Of a stretch of DNA of 64,000 nt, positions 46,886 to 56,752 are shown piece by piece. The notes below the pieces were generated by a model. The model worked only from the letters and a program-made list of their open reading frames with translations. It made no database searches and had not been told where the DNA came from. Within the stretch, counting starts at the first letter, position 1. Each line of letters opens with the position of its first letter. The position numbers were made by a program, and so were the translations under genes. Source of the stretch: Drouetiella sp. (GTDB lineage Bacteria; Cyanobacteriota; Vampirovibrionia; Obscuribacterales; Obscuribacteraceae); NCBI GenBank assembly GCA_036702965.1, contig DATNPZ010000001.1, positions 70,313-134,312 of the forward strand. The letters are read 5' to 3'.

Positions 46886-48551
46886 GGTAGTTTTCTCCGT
46901 CTCCGCCACTGCCGAATTGCAAATCCCACAACGGTCTTCGGCTGCGTACAACCGGCACGCGCTCGAAGTTTTCAGCTATTGGCGGCGATTCGCAAAGCCA
47001 TTCCAAAGTCCATGCGTTCCAGGGATTTGGACCAGCAATCTGCCCGTGATAAAAACTCCAGATCAAGTTGTAGACGAAAAGCAAAATTGAAAAAACAAGG
47101 ATAAAAGAGCAGCATGACGAGAAGAAATTCAACTCAGCCCAGCCTGGCATTCCCAGCGGATAAGTGTAAACACGTCGTGGCATTCCCAAAATTCCAAGAA
47201 TATGGAGAACGAAGAAAGTGCCATTGAATCCGACAGTCATCAACCAGAACTGCCATTTGCCCAGGGTCTCGGACATCATTCTGCCCGTGGCTTTCGGATA
47301 CCAGTAATAGACACCGGCAATAAGTGAGAACAACATGCCGCCGACAAGAACATAATGGAAGTGTGCAACGACGAAGTAGCTGTCTGTGAGCTGCCAGTCC
47401 AGCGGAATGACCGCAAACATAACGCCGCTCAATCCACCGATTGTGAACTGGATCAAAAACGCCATCGAATGCAACATGGCTGTCGTGAACTTCAGTTTGC
47501 CACCCCACATGGTGGCAAGCCACGACCAGACTTTGATCCCAGTCGGTACTGCAATCAACAAGCTGGTTACAGCGAAGATGTAGAGCGGAGCGAATCCAAG
47601 ACCCGTCGCAAACATATGGTGGACCCAGACGCCGAAGCTCAAAAAGGTGATAGCTACGGTGGATGCGGCCATCACGCCGGCTCCGAAAAGCAGCTTACGA
47701 GAGAAGACAGGGATGATTTCAGAAATTGCCCCCCACCCTGGAAGAATCAAGATGTAGACTTCAGGATGACCGAAGAACCAGAAGAAGTGCTGCCACAGAA
47801 GCGGTGAACCACCAACGGTTGCATCGAAGAAGTGAGTGTTCAAAATTCGGTCGAAGAGGATCATCACAAGCGCAGCGTTCAGTGCAGGCAGTGAGAAGAT
47901 GACGAGGAAGGCATCCATCAAGATCATCCAGACGAAAAGCGGAACACGCTTCAAAGTCATGCCAGGAGCGCGCATCGTCAAAATTGTGACGACCAGATTG
48001 ACCCCTGTTGCCACCGAACCAATACCGGTGACAAAAAGGCTGAGTGCCCAGTAATTCTGTCCACTATTAAAGAGATATCCCTTTTCGCTCAAAGGCGGAT
48101 AGGCGAACCATCCCGCTGCCGGCGCTCCACCAGCTAAGAAGCTGAAGAACATCATGATTGCGCCGAAAACGTAAACCCAGTATCCAAATGAGTTTAAACG
48201 CGGAAACGCCATATCGCGAGCGCCGATCATCAATGGAGTAAGGTAGACAGCGAAGCCGAAAAGTAAAGGCATCCCGACGAAGAAAACCATAGTGGTACCG
48301 TGGACGGTGAACACCTGGTTGTAAGCTTCTTGCGAAATGACGTGGTTCATCGGGAACATCAACTGAATACGAATCAGCAGTCCAAGAAACGCACCAACCA
48401 CGAGAAAAGCAAACGCCGAAAGGATATAAAGGATACCGAGTTGCTTGTGGTCGATCGATGTCAACCAGCTCAGGATGCCCTGATACTCAGGTACATCACG
48501 TAACCAATTCACTGGTTTGTGCGAGTGTGGATGCAACGCACTGTCGGTCAT
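46878..48551 (-). CDS. ctaD: Cytochrome c oxidase subunit I
   Basis: 557 aa. HGTTMVFF, WFFGHPEVYILILP and HHMF...VAHFHYV are haem-copper oxidase signatures. Confidence 0.97.
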   Translation of the reverse strand: MTDSALHPHSHKPVNWLRDVPEYQGILSWLTSIDHKQLGILYILSAFAFLVVGAFLGLLIRIQLMFPMNHVISQEAYNQVFTVHGTTMVFFVGMPLLFGFAVYLTPLMIGARDMAFPRLNSFGYWVYVFGAIMMFFSFLAGGAPAAGWFAYPPLSEKGYLFNSGQNYWALSLFVTGIGSVATGVNLVVTILTMRAPGMTLKRVPLFVWMILMDAFLVIFSLPALNAALVMILFDRILNTHFFDATVGGSPLLWQHFFWFFGHPEVYILILPGWGAISEIIPVFSRKLLFGAGVMAASTVAITFLSFGVWVHHMFATGLGFAPLYIFAVTSLLIAVPTGIKVWSWLATMWGGKLKFTTAMLHSMAFLIQFTIGGLSGVMFAVIPLDWQLTDSYFVVAHFHYVLVGGMLFSLIAGVYYWYPKATGRMMSETLGKWQFWLMTVGFNGTFFVLHILGILGMPRRVYTYPLGMPGWAELNFFSSCCSFILVFSILLFVYNLIWSFYHGQIAGPNPWNAWTLEWLCESPPIAENFERVPVVRSRRPLWDLQFGSGGDGENYHA

Positions 48552-49504
48552 TTCAAGTTCTCCAGATAAACAGCGATGTCATGCGCTTCTTCGTTGGTCA
48601 AGCGCATATTAGGCATGTTGCAGCCTGGTTTAAATTGTTGTGGATTCTGCATCCACTTCGCGAGATTGTCAGTGGTGTTCTCCAACACTCCGGCACCGAG
48701 AGTTCCTCTCGTTGCGATGTGAGTCAAATCAGGACCAATCCGCGCGGTCGCTTCGGCATCACCAGCGATGCGATGACACTGCACGCAAGTAGCAGAGTTG
48801 AAGAGCTCTTTGCCTTTTACTGCAGCCGGATCGGTTGATTGCTGCGGCAACGCAGCTTGCTGTTTGATCCAATCATCGAATTCAGGTTTGGATACGACAT
48901 GGGCAATGATTCTCATCAATCCGTGCTGCGCGCCGCAATACTCAGAGCACGTACCAAGGAAGAGTCCTGTTTTAGTTGGATGGACAAACATATTTGTTGG
49001 ATGTCCGGGAATCGCATCCATCTTCTGTCCGAACGCCACAACCCAGAAGGAGTGCACTACGTCGGCGGCGCGAATTTCAAAGAGAGCGTTCTCACCGACT
49101 GGTAAATAAAGTTCATTCGCTGTCGTGACACCGTATTTGGGGTATTGATACTCCCACCACCACTGGTGCCCTACAACAATCACGTCAGGCTTTTTAGTTC
49201 CCACTGCTGGATTGACCATGATCATGGTGACCGCAGTCAGCACGCCAAGAACAGTGACGATAAGCATTGGTATCGCCGTCCAAATTATCTCGAGCCTGGT
49301 GTTGCCGTGAATCTGTTTCGGTTCGCTGCCATCATCGTTTTCAGGCGTTCTGAACTTCGCAATGATTGCCACCATCAATCCTGTGACAACGAATGCGATC
49401 ACAAGACAGATGCCGAGCGTGAACCAGTGCAAGTCGACAAGCAGCTTGTTCTGCGCAGTTGCGACATTGAATATGCTAGTAAAATCCGCGTTCTTTAAAT
49501 CCAT
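48548..49504 (-). CDS. ctaC: Cytochrome c oxidase subunit II with fused cytochrome c domain (caa3-type)
   Basis: The CuA site is HSFWV...CSEYCGAQHGLM. A C-terminal CVQCH haem c motif is present. Confidence 0.92.
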   Translation of the reverse strand: MDLKNADFTSIFNVATAQNKLLVDLHWFTLGICLVIAFVVTGLMVAIIAKFRTPENDDGSEPKQIHGNTRLEIIWTAIPMLIVTVLGVLTAVTMIMVNPAVGTKKPDVIVVGHQWWWEYQYPKYGVTTANELYLPVGENALFEIRAADVVHSFWVVAFGQKMDAIPGHPTNMFVHPTKTGLFLGTCSEYCGAQHGLMRIIAHVVSKPEFDDWIKQQAALPQQSTDPAAVKGKELFNSATCVQCHRIAGDAEATARIGPDLTHIATRGTLGAGVLENTTDNLAKWMQNPQQFKPGCNMPNMRLTNEEAHDIAVYLENLK

Positions 49505-50439
49505 CGCAACATCCGATCTATGATTACCGCCGCAAAGATTGCCGGCAAATAGAGGAGACTGAAAAGCAGCACCCTACGCGCGCCTTCACGCGTACGATTT
49601 TTCCACCATTGCACCGAGCTTGCCACCAATGTTAAGCCGCCAACAACTGAAGCGACACAATATGCAGGTCCAGCAAACGGATTGCCGGTCCAATAGAGCA
49701 TCACCGAGAGTGGCAACAAGAGAATTGCCGTGAACACGGTCAATCCGAATGTTTTTTCACCGCTTTCTTCCAACACCGGCAACATCTTGAAACCGGCTGC
49801 GGCATAGTCGCTTCGATACATCCAGGCAATCGGCAAGAAGTGCGTGTGTTGCCAGATGAAGAGAACTGCAAAAAGGATCCAACCACCTGGGTTCATGGTG
49901 CCCGAGGCCGCAGCCCAACCGATCATCGGAGGAATGGCTCCAGGTACTGCACCGATAGATGTGTTCAACCAGGTCCAGCGTTTAGATGGTGTGTACATAA
50001 AGAGGTAGATTGCACTGGCGGCAACACCAAGCCCAGCACACAACGTATTGACGGATAAAAGGAATAACGCACCTGTGGCAATCAAAAATACGCCATACGT
50101 CAAGGCTAACTGCGGAGAGATGACGCCTGCAGGAATCGGCCGATTTGCAGTTCGAGGCATAAGCGCATCGAGGTCGCGTTCGATGTAGCAATTAAGCGCG
50201 CATGAACCGCCGCTAAGCAAGCCAGTCCCAATCAAAGCACATGCAAAGCGGATGCAATCAAATCTTCCGTTGTAAGCAAGCACAAATCCAACTGCACATG
50301 AGATCACCACCATGAATGCAATTCGAGTGCGAGCTAAATCCCAAAACGCTGCGAGTGTCCCCTGAAGGCGATTCGTATGTAATATTTGACCGCTGCTCAA
50401 CACAAGCAGTACTCCAAACACCAGTGCTTCCGCCGTCAA
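49495..50439 (-). CDS. ctaB: Protoheme IX farnesyltransferase (heme O synthase)
   Basis: 314 aa, UbiA-family multi-TM protein with DRDLDALMPRTANRPIP. The start is a TTG at 50439 according to the ORF track. The stop overlaps the ctaC start by 10 nt. Confidence 0.9.
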   Translation of the reverse strand: MTAEALVFGVLLVLSSGQILHTNRLQGTLAAFWDLARTRIAFMVVISCAVGFVLAYNGRFDCIRFACALIGTGLLSGGSCALNCYIERDLDALMPRTANRPIPAGVISPQLALTYGVFLIATGALFLLSVNTLCAGLGVAASAIYLFMYTPSKRWTWLNTSIGAVPGAIPPMIGWAAASGTMNPGGWILFAVLFIWQHTHFLPIAWMYRSDYAAAGFKMLPVLEESGEKTFGLTVFTAILLLPLSVMLYWTGNPFAGPAYCVASVVGGLTLVASSVQWWKNRTREGARRVLLFSLLYLPAIFAAVIIDRMLRWI

Positions 50440-50705
50440 TTCTTACGTACTTGAGCGCCATTCTTCGACAATGTAACGATTAGTTTGCACAAAACCTGCT
50501 TAAGAAGCCGGTCTCAGCAGTCAAAATTGGACACTTCAAAACGATGCGCATGAGAAAGCGATCAGAAAGAAACGATTGATCATCAAAATCAATGACGCCG
50601 ACGCTAAAACTTCCTTCAATCTTTGTTGGCAACTGCAACAAGCGCGATAAGCTTTACCAGATGCAAGATCTGACACAACGTATTTTTGTTTAGCGGTGAT
50701 ACACG

Positions 50706-51989
50706 ATGGCGAAAGCTAAAGAGAAGGCAGATAAGAACAGCGAGAAGTACAAGATGCATATGGCGCTCGGCCTTATGTTTCTTACGGTCTTCATCGACTT
50801 AATCGGTTTTGGAATCATCATTCCGGTTCTGCCACTTTATGCGAAACAGTTTGGCGCAGACGGATTCACAGTCGGACTGCTGCTCACATCCTATTCATTA
50901 ATGCAGTTCTTTTTTGCGCCGATGTGGGGTCGGTTGTCCGACAAAATTGGTCGCCGTCCGGTGCTTTTGATTAGTCTTTGCACATCAGCAATCGGTTACA
51001 CCATCTGGGGATTTTCAAATTCCTTACCGATGCTTTTTCTCTCGCGAATCGTTGCCGGATTTGGAAATGCGAACTTAGCCGTTGCACAAGCATTCATATC
51101 CGACGTTACGCCTGAAGACTACAGGTCGCAGGGCATGGGAATGATCGGTGCGGCGTTCGGTCTTGGCTTCGTACTCGGACCCGCTATCGCTGGTATTTCG
51201 ACGAGTTTCGGTGTTCACCCGAATACACTTGGATTCGTCGCAGCAGTTTTCAGCGTCATCGATTTGATCTTCACTGCAATCTATCTGCCGGAACCGAAAA
51301 GCCGCTCGGAAAGTTCACACAATCCATTTGCTAACGGCGCATCCTTTTATTTCAGCACGGTCACAGACAAGCGTTTCTTTCTGTCGATGTTCATCATCTT
51401 CATCTCGACATTTGCATTTGCAAACATGGAAACAACGTTGGTCCTTTTAACCGCACAGTACTACAACTTCAATTACAGAGAGAACAGCTCCCTCTTTGTC
51501 GGATTGGGGATTGTCATGGTCTTCATTCAGGGATTTTTGATCCGCAAGATCGGAAAGAAGTATCCGGATCAGCCGCTGATCGCAGTGGGCACAGCATTGA
51601 TCGCAGTCGGTCTTGTAATGGTCCCGATTACACACAACCTGGTTGTGCTGTGCATCGGATTGATTCTGCTTGCGACAGGTTCGGGCATCAACAATCCATC
51701 GAGCAGCAGTTTATTGTCCAAGCTCGCACCGAAAGAACACACCGGTGGAATCATGGGTGTTGGTCAATCGATGTCTACACTGGGACGAATTCTTGGTCCC
51801 GTTGTCGGCGGGTACCTGTTCGATAAGGGCGCAAGCGTTCCTTATTGGCTGGGAGCAGCATGCATGTTGGTGGCTTGCGGACTGAGTTTCAAACTACCAG
51901 TTATCCAAAAGATTCAGCCGACCAAGGAAACAGACGCGTCTTCATCCGCGCCGGAACCAGAATTGCATGCCACTGAACGTGGTGCTTAA
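50706..51989 (+). CDS. MFS transporter (DHA1 / Tet-like efflux family)
   Basis: 427 aa with 12 TM segments and motif A, MWGRLSDKIGRRPVLL. Confidence 0.85.
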   Translation: MAKAKEKADKNSEKYKMHMALGLMFLTVFIDLIGFGIIIPVLPLYAKQFGADGFTVGLLLTSYSLMQFFFAPMWGRLSDKIGRRPVLLISLCTSAIGYTIWGFSNSLPMLFLSRIVAGFGNANLAVAQAFISDVTPEDYRSQGMGMIGAAFGLGFVLGPAIAGISTSFGVHPNTLGFVAAVFSVIDLIFTAIYLPEPKSRSESSHNPFANGASFYFSTVTDKRFFLSMFIIFISTFAFANMETTLVLLTAQYYNFNYRENSSLFVGLGIVMVFIQGFLIRKIGKKYPDQPLIAVGTALIAVGLVMVPITHNLVVLCIGLILLATGSGINNPSSSSLLSKLAPKEHTGGIMGVGQSMSTLGRILGPVVGGYLFDKGASVPYWLGAACMLVACGLSFKLPVIQKIQPTKETDASSSAPEPELHATERGA

Positions 51990-52009
51990 GTCTACAAAAC
52001 TGCGTCGTT

Positions 52010-52306
52010 CTAGAACGGTCGCCGTTTAGTAATCAAATTACCGATCACAATAAACATGGAGACAAGTCCTGCCGCTTGTCCGACGCGCTGCGCTTGCCAG
52101 GCACCCGAACCGATTGTGTGCCGTTCAGGTTCTTTCACGAGCTCGACTTTCGGAATCACCTTGCCGTTGGCACAGGTATTGACGATATCGCGCACTCCAT
52201 CGATTGGACCCTGGATCAGAGTATGGGCAAAGGATTGAGTGAATCCGCCGACAATGTCATTGTCTCGGCTTTCATCTCTGCATCCGTCAAATGTCTCGTC
52301 CATCAT
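52010..52306 (-). CDS. Small hypothetical protein with C-terminal TM helix
   Basis: 98-aa ORF with a C-terminal AAGLVSMFIVIGNLI. No motif was recognised. Confidence 0.35.
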   Translation of the reverse strand: MMDETFDGCRDESRDNDIVGGFTQSFAHTLIQGPIDGVRDIVNTCANGKVIPKVELVKEPERHTIGSGAWQAQRVGQAAGLVSMFIVIGNLITKRRPF

Positions 52307-52432
52307 TCACCTCACAAGTCACTTGCTTCACTTTACATGCCCACCATCTTAGTGAAACTAGGTAAAACCCAAGTCAAGAGAAAGATAAAATCACGGGCTT
52401 TTCGGGGGACCCTGCTAGATACAGGGTGCTGA

Positions 52433-52456
52433 GAATAAAGAGATATCTCTTAAATT
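52433..52456. repeat. Dispersed palindromic element copy
   Basis: The sequence is gaaTAAAGAGATATCTCTTAAatt. It lies between divergent genes. Confidence 0.75.
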
Positions 52457-52575
52457 GCCAACTGAGTAAGGGTGGCGGTTTTAATGCGGTTGTGGAACCG
52501 CTAAATCCATTTTGGATGGAGCTGTTAAGATGCCTTATCGGCCTTTGTTCGATTTAGCCAGTCAAGGAGTAATTA

Positions 52576-55074
52576 ATGAAACTCGTCAGGTCTGCTGTTG
52601 CGACTGGGTCCGTTGCGACGCTTTTGGTAGCGCTGTCGATGCAAGGGGCGCCAACCCAGGCCATCTCGACTAGAAGGATGACTCAAGCAGACCTTGAACG
52701 CCAGGAAGCTCTGAAAAAGCACCGCGACGGTAGCGGAACACTTGAATTGATTGATGCTACCGGCAAGAATCTCGGTCAGGCCGTTCTGCAACATACCGAT
52801 TTCCATGCCAGCGTCGCAGGCTACGTCAATCGCGTCAAAGTCGAACAGACATTTTCCAATCCATACGACCAGACAGTTGAAGCGGTTTACACATTTCCAC
52901 TGTCGGATACTGGTGCTGTAGATCAGATGGTGATGAAGATTGGTAGTCGCACCATTACCGGTATCATCAAGAAAAAAGAAGAAGCCAGAGCAACATACGA
53001 AAAAGCAAAGCAAGAAGGCAAAACCGCGGCATTGCTGGATCAAGAACGCCCCAACGTATTCACTCAATCTGTCGCAAACATTCCTGCGCACGGAACGGTA
53101 AAAATTCAGATTCAGTACGTTGAATATTTGTCGTTCGAAAATGGCACTTATTCGTTGGTACTGCCAATGGTGGTAGCACCCAGATACATGCCCGGAGATA
53201 AGACTGGCAAAACTCAAGGCACTGGCTGGTCAGAGGATACGACAAGAGTGCCGGATGCATCGAAAATCTCACCACCAGTAATGCCTAAGGATACGAGAGC
53301 CGGTCATGATGTCTCTGTTATGGTCGATCTGGATGCTGGAGTTCCAATCCAATCGATCGAATCCAAACTGCACAAAGTTGAAGTAAAAAGAACAGGAGAA
53401 CAACTCGCTCAGATCACTCTGGTGCCATCAGATTCGATACCAAATCGGGATTTCGTTCTAGACTGGAAAGTAGCAACTGCAAATTTGCAATCCGGCTATC
53501 TCGTCCACAAGACTGGGAACACCGGTTACTTCAGCGTCATGCTCGTACCGCCGACGAAGCCGACTGCGGCTCAAATCAGTCCTCGCGAGCTCAATTTCAT
53601 AATCGACAGGTCCGGCTCTCAGAACGGACTTCCTTTGCAGAAAGCGAAGGAAACGATGTTATACATTCTCGACCGACTGAATCCGAACGATACCTTTCAG
53701 ATCATTAGCTTCAGCAGCGATACCGAAAAACTATTCGATAAACCTGAACTAGCAACACAGCGAAATATCAACGACGCGAAATTCTATATCGCCGACATGG
53801 ATGCTAATGGTGGAACAGAAATGCGTCCAGCAGTCGAAGAAGCAACCAAACTACCAGCTCCTGAACATCGACTGCGGCTCTTCATCCCCATGACAGATGG
53901 ATTGATAGGCAACGATAACGAATTGATTGGACTCGTACAAAAGACGCGGGGAGTTTCGAGATGGTTCACCTTTGGCACCGGTGATAGTGTCAATAGATAC
54001 TTGCTGGACGGAATGGCAAAAGCCGGTGGCGGTGAGGCTGAGTACGTTCTTTTGAAATCTAACGGAGAAACAATAGCGAAAAGCTTCTTCGACAAAATTT
54101 CGAGCCCAGTTCTGACAGACATAAAAGTGAAAGTATCAGGAAACGACCTGACAGATCTCGAACCGAAAGTAATCAATGATGTATGGGCACAGCGACCAGT
54201 CTACATTCTGGGTCGATACAAGCATGCCGGCAAAGCGACACTTACCATAACCGGGTATTCCGCCGGGAAACCTTACACACACTCTGTTAACATCGACCGG
54301 CCCGAGAACGATGCGAAAAACGACGTACTTCCGTCGATATGGGCTCGAAAAAGAGTCGACGAGCTGACCGATACGATCAATATGCAAGCACCAAATGCGC
54401 TACCACAAGATGCAATACCTGCAGAAGTAAAAGCGGCAAAAGAGGAGGTCGAGGGCTTAGGGCTCGAGTATCACATCCTCACCAATTACACTTCGTTCGT
54501 CGCTGTTGATGATTCGGAAAAACATCAACCAGCTACACAGCAAATCGTTGTACCGAGTGAAGCTCCTGAGGGCATGGATATGGGAGCAGTGTTCCCAGGT
54601 GCTGCGCCGCGGGGAAGGAGAGCATCACACAATAGTACTGCATCAATAGTGCCGCCACCACCCGCTGCACCACTAACACTACAAGCAGCTCAAGCTCCAG
54701 CGAAAGGTTTCAATGTGCCCGCGCCGTCACCATATATGATGGCTCAGTCCCAGGGAAATCACATGCGAATGGTCAAAATGAGAGGAACCATGACTGGAGG
54801 ATACTCTGCGTCAGACTCCTATTTAAAGGCTCGAACAAAATTGTCTGCCGAGCTTTTGAATAAACTGCTAACTACACCGGCAGATAGCAAAAAGATTCTG
54901 ACTCTAGAATTGACTTTGAGCAAAGCTGATGAGCAGGCAATCCAAATGATCAAAGATATTGCAACTATCGAAATCATTACAAAGGAAACCAGCAAGGTGA
55001 TAGTTAAAGTACCATTGGATCTCGTCTTGTCGTTAGCGAAACTGCAGTTCGTGCAGCACCTGTCCGAGAAGTAA
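52576..55074 (+). CDS. Secreted VIT - von Willebrand factor A domain protein
   Basis: 832 aa. It has a signal peptide and a VIT domain (VKVEQTFSNPYDQTVEAVYTFPL...GTVKIQIQY). The vWA domain has MIDAS-like DRSGS (LNFIIDRSGSQNG...FQIISFSSD). An AGGAG RBS is present. Confidence 0.8.
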   Translation: MKLVRSAVATGSVATLLVALSMQGAPTQAISTRRMTQADLERQEALKKHRDGSGTLELIDATGKNLGQAVLQHTDFHASVAGYVNRVKVEQTFSNPYDQTVEAVYTFPLSDTGAVDQMVMKIGSRTITGIIKKKEEARATYEKAKQEGKTAALLDQERPNVFTQSVANIPAHGTVKIQIQYVEYLSFENGTYSLVLPMVVAPRYMPGDKTGKTQGTGWSEDTTRVPDASKISPPVMPKDTRAGHDVSVMVDLDAGVPIQSIESKLHKVEVKRTGEQLAQITLVPSDSIPNRDFVLDWKVATANLQSGYLVHKTGNTGYFSVMLVPPTKPTAAQISPRELNFIIDRSGSQNGLPLQKAKETMLYILDRLNPNDTFQIISFSSDTEKLFDKPELATQRNINDAKFYIADMDANGGTEMRPAVEEATKLPAPEHRLRLFIPMTDGLIGNDNELIGLVQKTRGVSRWFTFGTGDSVNRYLLDGMAKAGGGEAEYVLLKSNGETIAKSFFDKISSPVLTDIKVKVSGNDLTDLEPKVINDVWAQRPVYILGRYKHAGKATLTITGYSAGKPYTHSVNIDRPENDAKNDVLPSIWARKRVDELTDTINMQAPNALPQDAIPAEVKAAKEEVEGLGLEYHILTNYTSFVAVDDSEKHQPATQQIVVPSEAPEGMDMGAVFPGAAPRGRRASHNSTASIVPPPPAAPLTLQAAQAPAKGFNVPAPSPYMMAQSQGNHMRMVKMRGTMTGGYSASDSYLKARTKLSAELLNKLLTTPADSKKILTLELTLSKADEQAIQMIKDIATIEIITKETSKVIVKVPLDLVLSLAKLQFVQHLSEK

Positions 55075-55197
55075 ATCCATTGCTACTCCGGCAGCCCGAA
55101 ACGCGCTCTGGATGACGAGTCGGCTCGAAATCGGTCGATCTCGTTAATCCGCTAAAAACTTTGATACCCTCAAATCATTAGAAGCGAGGGTACGAAA

Positions 55198-56211
55198 ATG
55201 TTATTAGAAAATTACGACTTCGACGTGGAGGAGAACAGTTCTCCAACGACCGAAGAGACAACCTCCAGCGATGGAGATCTTCTTGATGCATACTCTCGCG
55301 CAGTCATTCAAGCGACGGACAAGGCATCCCCTTCAGTAGTCAACGTCGAGATTGCACGAGTTGCAAAAAATTCCAAGCAACGCACAAGACAACCCGCAGG
55401 CTCGGGTAGCGGATTCATCTTCACTCCTGACGGTTATGTTTTCACGAACGCGCACGTCGTCGAATCCGCAGACGAAATCATTGTCACATCAGCGGATGGA
55501 CACAAATCAACAGCCAGACTAGTAGGTATCGATCCGCATACCGATCTGGCTGTTGTTCAAATTTGGGCACCACATATGGTAGCAGCCAGACTGGGCAATT
55601 CCGAACAACTTCGAGTGGGACAATTAGTCGTAGCAATCGGTAGCCCGTTTGGATTCCAATCGACTGTCACAGCAGGCGTGGTCAGCGCTCTGGGGCGCTC
55701 GATGCGAGCGCAGACTGGACGTTTAATCGACAACGTCATACAAACCGATGCAGCATTGAATCCCGGAAATTCTGGCGGACCACTCGTAAACACGAGAGGT
55801 GAAGTAGTCGGCGTCAACACAGCAATCATTCTTCCAGCGCAAGGCATCTGCTTAGCGGTCCCCGTCAACACCGCTTCCTCCGTTGCAGTCTCGCTAATGC
55901 GCGACGGTTTCGTTCGTCGCGCCTGGCTCGGAGTTATGGCTCAAAATCTTCCGCTAAATCGAAGGTTGGTTCGCTCCCACAACTTGCCGAACTACGGATC
56001 CGTACTTGTGACCGGCTTTGACAATGACGGAGCAGCCAGGAAATCTTCATTGAGAGAGGGCGACGCGATCGTGTCGATTGACGGTCAGACGATAAATAAC
56101 GTGGATGATTTGCACCGTCAACTGATCGATAAACACGCTAGTTCAGTGGATTTGAAAGTGATTCGCCACTCAGAACTGTTGGACATCAACTGCAAGATAG
56201 AAATGCGATAA
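55198..56211 (+). CDS. HtrA/DegP-family trypsin-like serine protease with PDZ domain
   Basis: GSGSGFIFTPDGYVFTNAHVV contains the catalytic His. DLAVVQI contains the Asp. GNSGGPLVN contains the Ser. A C-terminal PDZ-like segment is present. Confidence 0.9.
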   Translation: MLLENYDFDVEENSSPTTEETTSSDGDLLDAYSRAVIQATDKASPSVVNVEIARVAKNSKQRTRQPAGSGSGFIFTPDGYVFTNAHVVESADEIIVTSADGHKSTARLVGIDPHTDLAVVQIWAPHMVAARLGNSEQLRVGQLVVAIGSPFGFQSTVTAGVVSALGRSMRAQTGRLIDNVIQTDAALNPGNSGGPLVNTRGEVVGVNTAIILPAQGICLAVPVNTASSVAVSLMRDGFVRRAWLGVMAQNLPLNRRLVRSHNLPNYGSVLVTGFDNDGAARKSSLREGDAIVSIDGQTINNVDDLHRQLIDKHASSVDLKVIRHSELLDINCKIEMR

Positions 56212-56315
56212 CCGACCGCACATCCAATTGGGAGCACCCGGGTTTGTCAACGGTGAAAGCGTTGATCCGCCCGGTTTCTTCTTCGATTCGCTTAGCTGAT
56301 TGCCGGGTCCGCACT

Positions 56316-56686
56316 GTCCATCCAGCTCTTCCAAATCCTCACGCTCTCAGGATATCCAGCTCTCTCAATCCTTAATGCCTCTGGATATCCAGCTCTCTCA
56401 AGCCTTACTGCCTCTGGATATCCGGCTCTTTCAGAATCCTCACGCTCTCAGGATATCCAGGTCTTCCAAATCCCCACGCTCTCAGGACATCCAGCTCTTC
56501 CAAATCCTCACGTTCTCAGGATATCCAGCTCTTTCAATCCTTACGGCCTCAGGATATCCAGCTCTTTCAATCCTTACGGACTCAGGATATCCAGCTCTTT
56601 CAATCCTTACGGACTCTGGATATCCGGCTCTTTCAGAATCCTCACGCTCTCAGGATATCCAGCTCTTCAAAATCCTCACTGTCCTC
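56316..56686. repeat. Intergenic tandem array, 33-35 bp unit, 11 copies
   Basis: The unit is GGATATCCAGCTCTTTCAATCCTTACGGACTCA with variants. Every unit starts with the 8-bp palindrome GGATATCC (GGACATCC in one copy, and degenerate GTCCATCC in the first). There are no unique spacers. Confidence 0.9.
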
Positions 56687-56752
56687 GGACATGTGAAAAC
56701 GGCGAACTCTTCCCTGACCAGCGGGTGAGTCGTACCGCCCGGCTCCACACCG

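Noticed and set aside
48068-48085. Extra copies of the dispersed palindrome inside ctaD (TAAAGAGATATCCCTTTT), and at 63926-63943 (TAAACCGATATCGGCTCA)
   Set aside because: Only one half-site or the central GATATC matches. Both are inside coding sequence and are compatible with chance.
56316-56686. Possible CRISPR array (regular 33-35 bp direct repeats). The same question arose for 5161-5478 and 59378-59557.
   Set aside because: The units abut each other with no unique spacers. There are no cas genes in the window, and the repeats lack the typical repeat-spacer periodicity of 60-75 bp.
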